From: an uncultured Gemmatimonadaceae bacterium
GTDB lineage: Bacteria; Gemmatimonadota; Gemmatimonadetes; Gemmatimonadales; GWC2-71-9
Direction: 5' to 3'
NCBI GenBank assembly: GCA_964638035.1
Contig: CAZWXD010000011.1
Location: 24,875-88,874 of the forward strand
Length of the DNA stretch: 64,000 nucleotides
The stretch's first letter is position 1. Each line of letters starts with the position of its first letter. A program made the translations under genes and the position numbers. Below the pieces are notes generated by a model. The model was not told the origin of the DNA. It saw only the letters and a program-made list of their open reading frames with translations, and made no database searches. Shown here piece after piece: positions 56,623 to 64,000 of this stretch.

Positions 56623-58017
56623 ATGGCGTTGCTTCGCAGGCATGGCGTGGCAGTCTACGTCGGGGCGGTCGCCGCGGCTGCGATTGCAGCCGGTGCCATG
56701 GCCTACCAGCTCCGGCTGCCCTTCCCGGGGATCTGGCCGCTGCTCAGTACCTGCCTGGTCGCCTTCATCCTCGAGCGCTCGGCCCTGAACCTCCGGGTAT
56801 CGGCCTCAGGCTCCACGAGCTTCGTGGTGCACATTGCCTCGGTGGTGCTCTTTGGGGGGTTCTGGGGAGCGCTGGTCACGGCTATCTCGGTACTCGCTGA
56901 CAGCATCGGCCGACGGCAGAGCGCCCAGAAGATGGTCTTCAATACATCGCAGCGGGCGCTCTCTGTCCTTGTCGGAGCACTGGTTTACCAGACCATCCTG
57001 GGCGGCTCGGTGCCGCCCGCCTTCCTTTCGACTGGTGCGGTGACGGCGGCCGAGGTCCAGCGGGACCTGTTCTTCTTCTTCGTATTGTCCACGATATACA
57101 TCATCCTGAACAAGCTCCTGGTGTCAGGGGTGGTGGCGCTCAGCACCGAGCGGCGGTTCAGGGACGTCTGGTACCTGAATTCCAGGGGCCTCGTGGCCTA
57201 CGACCTTGGCGCCGGCGTGCTGTCGGCGGTCGTTGCCTGGCTCTACGTGCGGCTCGATGTGTACGGGTATGGCCCGGTCGGGCTCCTGGCAGTCATCCTG
57301 CCGTTTGTCGGCCTGCGGCAACTGTACGTGCTGTATCACGACGTGGAGGAGAGCGGGCAGGAGCTGCTGCAGGTGATGGTCAAGGCCATCGAGGCGCGCG
57401 ATCCGTACACCTCCGGTCATTCCCTCCGGGTGCGCGAGCTCTCGCGGGCCATTGCGCTCGAGCTCGACCTCCCGGCGAGCCAGGTCGAGGAAGTCGAGAC
57501 TGCCGCGCTGCTGCACGATGTGGGAAAGATCCACGAGGAGTTTGCGCCGCTGCTCCGGAAGGAGGCGCGCCTCACCGACGAGGAGACGGCGCTCATGCAA
57601 ACGCACGCCGGCAAGAGCGCCGAACTGGTGGGGATCATCCGCAAGTTCAGGGGCAGGGTCCAGCGCGCCGTTCGGCACCACCACGAGCGGTGGGATGGCC
57701 GGGGGTATCCCGATGGCCTGCGGGCACAGGACATTCCGCTGGCGGCCCGAATCATCCTGATCGCCGACACGGTAGACGCCATGACGACCGACAGGCCCTA
57801 CCGCAAGCGCCTGTCGCTGGAGGTCGTCGTTGCCGAGTTGCAGAAGTGCCGGGGAACCCAGTTCGACCCCGAGATCGTGGACGTGGCAGTCTCATCGGTG
57901 GCCGTACGACGCCTCATCCAAGGCCCTGCGGCAGCGGGGGGCGTGGAGCCGCTTTCCCCCAGGTCGCTCAGGGTGCAGCGGACGTCCGGAGCCTTCTGGC
58001 GCACGAAGAGGGCATAG
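56623..58017 (+). CDS. HD-GYP domain c-di-GMP phosphodiesterase with polytopic N-terminal sensor
   Basis: About 7 TM helices, then HDVGKIHEEF and HHERWDGRGYPDGL. GGAGGT Shine-Dalgarno sequence. Confidence 0.88.
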   Translation: MALLRRHGVAVYVGAVAAAAIAAGAMAYQLRLPFPGIWPLLSTCLVAFILERSALNLRVSASGSTSFVVHIASVVLFGGFWGALVTAISVLADSIGRRQSAQKMVFNTSQRALSVLVGALVYQTILGGSVPPAFLSTGAVTAAEVQRDLFFFFVLSTIYIILNKLLVSGVVALSTERRFRDVWYLNSRGLVAYDLGAGVLSAVVAWLYVRLDVYGYGPVGLLAVILPFVGLRQLYVLYHDVEESGQELLQVMVKAIEARDPYTSGHSLRVRELSRAIALELDLPASQVEEVETAALLHDVGKIHEEFAPLLRKEARLTDEETALMQTHAGKSAELVGIIRKFRGRVQRAVRHHHERWDGRGYPDGLRAQDIPLAARIILIADTVDAMTTDRPYRKRLSLEVVVAELQKCRGTQFDPEIVDVAVSSVAVRRLIQGPAAAGGVEPLSPRSLRVQRTSGAFWRTKRA

Positions 58018-58046
58018 GAGGCTGTGAGCGTCTCCCGACGCGCCAC

Positions 58047-61000
58047 TCACACCAGCTCGAAGCGCTGGAGATGAGCCGTCGCAGCAGGGGGTAGCGCGGC
58101 AAGGACTGATTCAAGTGTCTCCGGCGTTCCTCCTGGCGGCTGGCCAAGCTGCTTGGCGATCTCCAGTTTCGCAGCCACAACCTCAGCATGGTCCCACAGG
58201 TCAGCTGCCCCGAACCGCCAGCTCAACACTTGCTGGCCATAGCCTCCCTGACGGGGATCCGCTCGCAGCAGGAGTGCCGCCCAACGACTGAAGGGCCCTA
58301 CCACGGTTCTGTAGAGTGGCGCGCCGTCGTTGATAGCCATCGCCCGGCTGGCTGTCCTGTATGCTGGGGCCTGTCGCGAACAGAGCCAGTAGATGTCTGC
58401 TGCGTGGAGCAGCGCCAGTTGTGCCTCCGAATCGTATGTGGAGTGCGCCCAAGCGACCAGTTGATCTGCAACATCTAGGGCGCGCCGGTGACTCCCGGTG
58501 GCTGCAAGCGCCATCCCCCCATAGTACTGTGCAAGCGGTATCACTCCTCGATCCGGTTCGCCAGCTAGGGCACGTTCGGCGAACTCGCGCTGCATGTCAG
58601 TATCTCCAGTTTCCATGCCGAATGTGGCGAGGTGTGTACTGGTTGTGGCGATTCTGCCTGCATGCTCAAGCTGAGTTGCCAGCACGAAGGCATGACGAAG
58701 GAACGGTAGCGCCTGCTCGTACCTACCCAACCCTCGGTGCATCAGGCCCGCGCCAGCCAACAGCCGAACGTTGCGAATATTGGCTACATTTCTGTAGTCG
58801 CTTCGCTCCAGCAATTCGATGAGTTGACTTAGCGTTCGCTCCCTAGCAATCCAAATGTTGGCCTCGGGATCAACGGCGAAGAAGTCCACGTATGCCATCT
58901 GGGTGCGCAACTCGATATCGTCGTCGCCAGCCCACTGCTCATGGGGCATGCAATGCAAAGTTTGCTGGATTCGATGGGGTAGGCCGGTGTCACGTCCACT
59001 GTAAACGATATTGGCTGCCAGGCGTAGCAGGCTGAGTGCCGCATTACGTGGTGCCAGGCGATCCATGAGCTTGGGTCGTGCCCAGTCCCATACGGTAGTG
59101 AGGGTTTCTGGCGTGTGGCTCGCCGTGTGGATGTCCGCAATGCGCCAGAGTGCCTCGCCATGGAGGCTGTCCCGCGCGGCCTGGTCACGGTTCAAGGCCG
59201 CAACCGATTCACTGTACCTTCCCTGTTCCTGGAGCAGCTCAGCCAGCAGCAATGAGGCTTCGGTGCGTTGCATCCCGGACAGCGCGCCAAGCGCGGACGT
59301 GAGCCTCACCTCCGCTTCGTGAACCGCCCCCCTCCGTATCGCAGACCGGCCTCCCTGCAGCAGGTGCGATGTCGCCTGTTCCTCGCGACGGGATCGCATG
59401 GCATGCCAGGCAATGGCGAAGTCGAGTGACTCATCGCCCGACTCGGCGCGCTGCAAAAGGGCATCGGCAAAGAGGGAATGCAGGCGGCGGCGCACCGGGC
59501 CCGCCACCCGCATGTAGACATGACCGCGCACCAGGTCATTGGCAAACTCGACCCGCCCATCCTGTTCGCGCAGGAGGCGCAGGTCGCACAGCCGTGACAT
59601 GCCGCTCATGACCGCTCCCATCTTGAGGTCGGCGGCAGCGTAGAGGCCGGTTTCGCCAAGGTGCGGACCCAGCACAGCGGCCACCTCGAGCACCCGGCGC
59701 GTGGTGGGGTCCAGGTGCGCCATCAGGCGCTCCACGACCAGGCGGTAGGCGTCGGTCGGTGCCTTGGGCCGCCCGGGATCGGCAATCACCGCATCCAGCG
59801 ACATCACCATGGAGCCTTCACCACCCTCGGCCCAGTCCTCCACCAGCAGTTCCAGCACCAGGGGGTAGCCGGCCGCGGCCGTGAGCAACGTGCGCCGCAC
59901 CGGGGGTGGAACCTCGGGCAGCCCCCGCAGGACGATGCCATCGAGCAGCTCACCGCACTCCTCCCGGCTGAGCGGCACCACACTCATCTGGGTAATGCCG
60001 AGGCTCGCCCCCTGCTCCCGCAGGCGCGCGGCCTGCGGCGACTGGTGCAGCTCACCTTCACGGGCCAGGAAGATCACCAGCACCGCCTGCCGCTCCGCCA
60101 GCCGGATCACGCGGTGCAGCACGGCGAGGCTCACGTCGTCGGCATGGTGGACGTCGTCCACCACAAGGATGACCGGATGCTCCTCGGCAAGGACCGTCAC
60201 CAGCGCGTGGGTGGATTCGGTGAACCGGATGCGGGCGGCGTCGCCGTGCGTCTCGAGCGGCGGCGGCAGCACCGGGAAGCGGCGCCGGACCTCGGGGATG
60301 GTCTGGGCAAGTTCGGCCAGCGCTTCCGGCGGGGCGGCCGAGGCGCCGGGCCGGTCGGTGAGTTGCGCGATGAGGCCCGACACCATGGCGTAGGGAATCT
60401 CACGCTCGGCCTCGTGGCACTGGACCCGCGCCACCGTGGCCCCCTCCAGGCCCGCGGCCGTGGTCATGCGGTCCACCAGCGTGCTCTTGCCGATCCCGGA
60501 ATCACCGAGGAGGAGGCGGTGCGCCGGCTCGCAGCGCTGCGCCGACTCCCATGCTTCGTAGAGTGCGCGGTACTCCCTGGCCCGGCCCACGAAGGGGCGA
60601 TCCTTCCAGTGGTCGGTGCGCACCGTCGGCACGTCGGCCGTGCCCGCCTGCTCCCACCCCCTGCGCCGCAAGCGGATCGCCATGCCCTCCACCAGCTCGG
60701 ACGGCGCCGCCTGGAGCTGGTGCGCGAGTTCCGCCTTCCACTGCTCGAAGAGGCGCAGGGCGGTGAGGCGGTCACCCGAGAGGGCGCGTGCCTCCATGCG
60801 TGCACGCACGGCATGCTCGCTCAGCGGCTCGAAGCGCTGCAGCCGAAGGGCGAGGTGCTCGATCTGGCGGAAGTCACCCCGGCGGCGGCACCGGTCGAGC
60901 AGCAGGACCAGGGCGTCGAGCACGTGGGGCATGAGCCGGGCCCGCTCGCCGTCGCGCCAGTGGGCAAAGGGCACGACGTCCGGAACCTCGAACCCCTCCA

Positions 61001-61409
61001 GGAACCCGTCCACGTCGAGCGGAACCTCGGTGTCCGAGCCCAGGATGTCACCCGCGAGGAGGCGATCGATGTCGAGGGAGAGGCTGCCGGGTCGTATACG
61101 CACCCGTTCATGCTCCGACTCCAGCACCTCCCGGCCCAGCTTGCCACGGAGCGCCGAAAGGGCCGTCGCCAGGGAATGACGGCTCTCCTTGTGGGGGCGA
61201 TCCGGCCAGAGCAGTTCCGCGAGTGCGTCACGCGTGTGCCACCCGGTCTCCACGGCCAGGTAGCAGACCAGGGCCAGCTCCTTCCTGGTGCGGAGCCGCA
61301 CCGTCCGGTCTCCGACGGAGAGGAGGGCCGGCTCGCCGAGGGTGCGCAGCTGGAATCGTGGGCGAGGTGCGTTGGGCATGGGGATGAGGAGGATATGCTG
61401 CAGCATCAA
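58047..61409 (-). CDS. SARP/BTAD-family regulator fused to AAA (STAND-type) NTPase and TPR array
   Basis: OmpR/PhoB-type wHTH (LRTRKELALVCYLAV...LWPD...SRHSLATALSALRGKLG), BTAD domain, P-loop LLLGDSGIGKSTLVDR, about 600 aa of TPR-like repeats. An alternative ATG lies at 61379. Confidence 0.85.
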   Translation of the reverse strand: MMLQHILLIPMPNAPRPRFQLRTLGEPALLSVGDRTVRLRTRKELALVCYLAVETGWHTRDALAELLWPDRPHKESRHSLATALSALRGKLGREVLESEHERVRIRPGSLSLDIDRLLAGDILGSDTEVPLDVDGFLEGFEVPDVVPFAHWRDGERARLMPHVLDALVLLLDRCRRRGDFRQIEHLALRLQRFEPLSEHAVRARMEARALSGDRLTALRLFEQWKAELAHQLQAAPSELVEGMAIRLRRRGWEQAGTADVPTVRTDHWKDRPFVGRAREYRALYEAWESAQRCEPAHRLLLGDSGIGKSTLVDRMTTAAGLEGATVARVQCHEAEREIPYAMVSGLIAQLTDRPGASAAPPEALAELAQTIPEVRRRFPVLPPPLETHGDAARIRFTESTHALVTVLAEEHPVILVVDDVHHADDVSLAVLHRVIRLAERQAVLVIFLAREGELHQSPQAARLREQGASLGITQMSVVPLSREECGELLDGIVLRGLPEVPPPVRRTLLTAAAGYPLVLELLVEDWAEGGEGSMVMSLDAVIADPGRPKAPTDAYRLVVERLMAHLDPTTRRVLEVAAVLGPHLGETGLYAAADLKMGAVMSGMSRLCDLRLLREQDGRVEFANDLVRGHVYMRVAGPVRRRLHSLFADALLQRAESGDESLDFAIAWHAMRSRREEQATSHLLQGGRSAIRRGAVHEAEVRLTSALGALSGMQRTEASLLLAELLQEQGRYSESVAALNRDQAARDSLHGEALWRIADIHTASHTPETLTTVWDWARPKLMDRLAPRNAALSLLRLAANIVYSGRDTGLPHRIQQTLHCMPHEQWAGDDDIELRTQMAYVDFFAVDPEANIWIARERTLSQLIELLERSDYRNVANIRNVRLLAGAGLMHRGLGRYEQALPFLRHAFVLATQLEHAGRIATTSTHLATFGMETGDTDMQREFAERALAGEPDRGVIPLAQYYGGMALAATGSHRRALDVADQLVAWAHSTYDSEAQLALLHAADIYWLCSRQAPAYRTASRAMAINDGAPLYRTVVGPFSRWAALLLRADPRQGGYGQQVLSWRFGAADLWDHAEVVAAKLEIAKQLGQPPGGTPETLESVLAALPPAATAHLQRFELV

Positions 61410-61491
61410 CCGGCCGTCAAATCGAGCCCATGCAATCTCTGTCTCGTCACTGTCCAGTCCGTGTTCGGTGTCGGCTCCGGCGACCAGTCAC

Positions 61492-61507
61492 TGGCACTGC
61501 CGTTGCC
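61492..61507 (+). promoter_or_regulatory. sigma54 (-24/-12) promoter of lipoprotein paralogue A
   Basis: TGGCAC-tgccg-TTGCC, a consensus core, about 135 nt upstream of the ATG. Confidence 0.7.
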
Positions 61508-61642
61508 CAACATGGGGTGTCGCCTCCGGGTTCGGGAGGTTGCTGCAATAATCAAGTCGTTGTAGCACAACAGGTTGCGGTACTGGTGCGGCGCGCTGGC
61601 GCCATCCAGGCCGCCCACCACAGGCCACATTTCGAGGTGCAG

Positions 61643-62713
61643 ATGTCCATGATCCGGTACTCCACCACCCGTTCCCTCTTCCTGACACCCATGCTGGGCC
61701 TGCTGCTCGCTGCCTGCGGCGGGGACGACGACGCCCCCTTCAACGCCCAGGGCACCAGCGAGGACGTGCAGGTGATGGCAGCGGCGTTCGACGCCCCGGC
61801 CGTCCAGAGCTTCGGCGCCATGGGTGATGCCATGGATGGTGCCTTTGCCCTGCCGCTGGTCCGGCATAGCTCCGGCCTGGTGGCGTCCGCCGTGAAGGGG
61901 CCGCGGTTGATGACCGCTGGTGCCTCCATTGCGCGCTCAGTCCGCGCCCTGGCTGGTCCTGTCGGCGGGGTGTCGCTCGCCGTGATCCCCGAGGAGTACC
62001 TCGGCGACACCTACGAATACGACGCCGTGGACCAGCGCTACGAGCTGAGTGAGCGCGCCGGCGCGCCCGCCAATGGCGTGCGCTTCATCCTGTACACGGT
62101 GAACCCGGTATCGGGTGAGCCCGTGACGCCGCTGGAGGAGATCGGGTACGCGGACATCCTCGATGAAAGCACCGCCACCTCCGATGCTGTCCGGCTCGTG
62201 GTGGTTTCCGGCGACGTGACGTACCTCAACTACGGGGTGGCAGCCTCTGCGGGCGAGGCCGAGGCACGCGCCACCATCAACGGCTTCGTCACCAACGGCT
62301 CCACCCAGGTGGACTTCGACCTCGACCACGTTGCCTCGAACACCGAGGGCGGGGACCTGACGCTCGACTACGAGCTGGACGTGCCCACGCGCGACGTGTC
62401 GCTGGACTACCTGGTCCAGCTCACCAATGCCATGGCCAATGCAAACGTTGACCTGTCCCTCGCGGGCCCGCACGGGTCGGTCGGGATCACGGGCTCCGCG
62501 GCGAGCGGCAATGGCCGCCTGGTGGCGCGCACCAACGGGTCGGACTTCGCCTACATGAACTTCGTGGAGGGCGAACTGGACACGGTCACCAAGCCGGACG
62601 GGTCGGCACTGACCGAGCAGGAGCAGGGTGTGCTCGTGGGCATCTGGGCGCTGGTCCTGCAGGGCTTCGATGTCTTCGAAGACCTCGTGGACCCGATCGA
62701 CAACCTGATCTAA
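61643..62713 (+). CDS. Lipoprotein of unknown function, paralogue A
   Basis: Internal ATG preceded by GAGGTG. Lipobox LLLAAC. Acidic, beta-rich sequence with no recognisable domain. About 45% identical by eye to the next gene. Confidence 0.75.
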   Translation: MSMIRYSTTRSLFLTPMLGLLLAACGGDDDAPFNAQGTSEDVQVMAAAFDAPAVQSFGAMGDAMDGAFALPLVRHSSGLVASAVKGPRLMTAGASIARSVRALAGPVGGVSLAVIPEEYLGDTYEYDAVDQRYELSERAGAPANGVRFILYTVNPVSGEPVTPLEEIGYADILDESTATSDAVRLVVVSGDVTYLNYGVAASAGEAEARATINGFVTNGSTQVDFDLDHVASNTEGGDLTLDYELDVPTRDVSLDYLVQLTNAMANANVDLSLAGPHGSVGITGSAASGNGRLVARTNGSDFAYMNFVEGELDTVTKPDGSALTEQEQGVLVGIWALVLQGFDVFEDLVDPIDNLI

Positions 62714-62738
62714 GCCCGCAGGCGAGGGCTGGATGCGC

Positions 62739-62770
62739 AAACGGGGAGGCGTCATCGCCTCCCCGTTTTG
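62739..62770 (+). terminator. Rho-independent terminator after paralogue A
   Basis: AAACGGGGAGGCG - tcat - CGCCTCCCCGTTT, a perfect 13-bp stem ending in TTT. Confidence 0.8.
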
Positions 62771-62776
62771 CATGGC

Positions 62777-62792
62777 TGGCACCCACGTTGCA
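62777..62792 (+). promoter_or_regulatory. sigma54 (-24/-12) promoter of lipoprotein paralogue B
   Basis: TGGCAC-ccacg-TTGCA, a full consensus core, about 135 nt upstream of the ATG. Confidence 0.75.
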
Positions 62793-62926
62793 CCCGGACG
62801 GGTATCCCAACCCGGCCGCCGCCGGTGGAAACTGGCGTAACAAATTGATATTCAACGGCTTACGGAGTACTGGCGGTTCGCGCACGGCCACCGGCAGCGT
62901 TCCAGGGCCCCCTTCGCGAGGTGCAG

Positions 62927-64000
62927 ATGTCCATGCTCCGGTCCTCTCCCATGCGGGCCCTGACGGGCCTGGCCCTGGCCCTTTCCCTTGCGGCGTGCAG
63001 CAGCGATACCGGCAGCAATAGCGACCCGTTCGACGCCGAGGGTACGACGGAGGCCATGGATGCGCTGTCCGCCCCGTTTGATGCCCCGATCGTCCAGAGC
63101 TTCAATGCCCTGGGCGACGACATGGACAACACCTTCCCATCGTCGCTCGTACGCGCCAGCGTGGCCCTGGTCGGGGATGCCGCCCGCGGCCGGGGCATCA
63201 CGGGCAAGGCGGGCTCGATTGCCGGGGTGGTGCGCGCTCTCCCTAGCGCCCGCAACGGGGTGGCGTTCGCCGTGCTCCCTCCCGAGGTGCTGGGCCTGAC
63301 CTACGAGTACGACACCGCCTCTGATGGCTACGTGGCAAGCGCACGCACCGGCGCGCCGCCCAACGGCGTCCGCTTCATCGTGTATGCCACGAACCCCGCC
63401 TCGGGCGCGCCGGTCGAGCCGCTCCAGGAAGTCGGCTACGCGGACCTCCGGGATGAAGGCACCGGATCGACCGAGTCGCTCAACCTGCAGCTGGTCTCGG
63501 ATGCGACGACCTACCTGGACTACACGATCACAGCCTCGCAGGGCGCCACCGACGCCACGGTGGGGATCGCCGGGTTCGCCACGGACGGCACGACGCGAAC
63601 GAACTTCGACCTCGCCAATGTGGCCTCGTCGGGTGGGGATGAGCTTCGCGCCTTCTACCAGCTCGACGTGCCGTCGCGCGGGATCTCTCTCGACTACCTC
63701 ATCAACATGACTGATGCGCTCGCCGATTCCGAGGTGAACGTGACCCTCGCCGGGCCCGATGGTTCCGTTGCCATCACCGGGATGCTGGACGACGGCACGG
63801 GCGCGCTCGCCACACAGGTCAACAGCTCGACCTTTGCCATCATCAATGTCGTCGGCAACGACGTCACGGCGGTCACGAACCCCGATGGCGGGGCGCTGAC
63901 GGCCCAGGAGCAGGGCGCGGTGCTGGCTATCTGGTCCATGGTGCTGCGCGGGTTCGACATCTTCGAGGACCTGCTCGACCCGGTCGTCACGCACATCTAG
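62927..64000 (+). CDS. Lipoprotein of unknown function, paralogue B
   Basis: The same CGAGGTGCAGATGTCCATG start context as paralogue A. Lipobox LSLAAC. Stop TAG at the last base of the window. Confidence 0.75.
   Translation: MSMLRSSPMRALTGLALALSLAACSSDTGSNSDPFDAEGTTEAMDALSAPFDAPIVQSFNALGDDMDNTFPSSLVRASVALVGDAARGRGITGKAGSIAGVVRALPSARNGVAFAVLPPEVLGLTYEYDTASDGYVASARTGAPPNGVRFIVYATNPASGAPVEPLQEVGYADLRDEGTGSTESLNLQLVSDATTYLDYTITASQGATDATVGIAGFATDGTTRTNFDLANVASSGGDELRAFYQLDVPSRGISLDYLINMTDALADSEVNVTLAGPDGSVAITGMLDDGTGALATQVNSSTFAIINVVGNDVTAVTNPDGGALTAQEQGAVLAIWSMVLRGFDIFEDLLDPVVTHI

Overview
High-GC (about 68-70% by eye) chromosomal segment from a diderm bacterium. The lineage is a guess from protein flavour: Gemmatimonadota-like or another high-GC soil group. 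I found no rRNA, tRNA, CRISPR array, IS element or prophage.

The window is dominated by a split, Myxococcus-like type IV pilus (T4P) supercluster:
- 0-4 kb: pilB (5' partial), pilT, pilC.
- 19-40 kb: pilS-pilR; a glycosyltransferase cassette (methyltransferase, GT2, three polytopic GT-C-like proteins, two of them TMTC-like with TPRs); two tandem pilin genes; a second histidine kinase/sigma54-activator pair; three minor pilins; pilMNOPQ.
- Then aroC-aroK, topA, trmFO, xerC-hslV-hslU, argF, gcvT and a mog/moaB-like gene.

Between the pilus blocks (4-19 kb) are envelope and peptidoglycan genes: an M48 peptidase, a CPBP protease, an ldtD-like/mepK-like pair, an M28 peptidase and slt.

The right end (52-64 kb) holds:
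- an orphan sigma54 activator with a degenerate receiver;
- a c-di-GMP module: an Fe-S/hydrogenase-like GGDEF protein, a coupled unknown ORF and an HD-GYP protein;
- a 1120-aa SARP/BTAD-AAA-TPR (STAND-type) regulator;
- two tandem paralogous lipoproteins of unknown function.

Observations most worth a second look:
1. Five near-consensus sigma54 -24/-12 promoters: both pilins, upstream of pilM, and each paralogous lipoprotein gene.
2. Pilin genes back-to-back with TMTC-like GT-C enzymes, a candidate O-glycosylation system.
3. Two families of tandem 8-nt repeats placed as inverted arrays at five gene boundaries. One of them appears to encode the N-terminus and start codon of xerC.
4. A hydrogenase-like Fe-S diguanylate cyclase that has lost the H-cluster cysteines.

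CDS coordinates follow the ORF track, with starts trimmed where the longest ORF is clearly an upstream extension. Coordinates of small motifs were read by hand and may be off by 1-2 nt.
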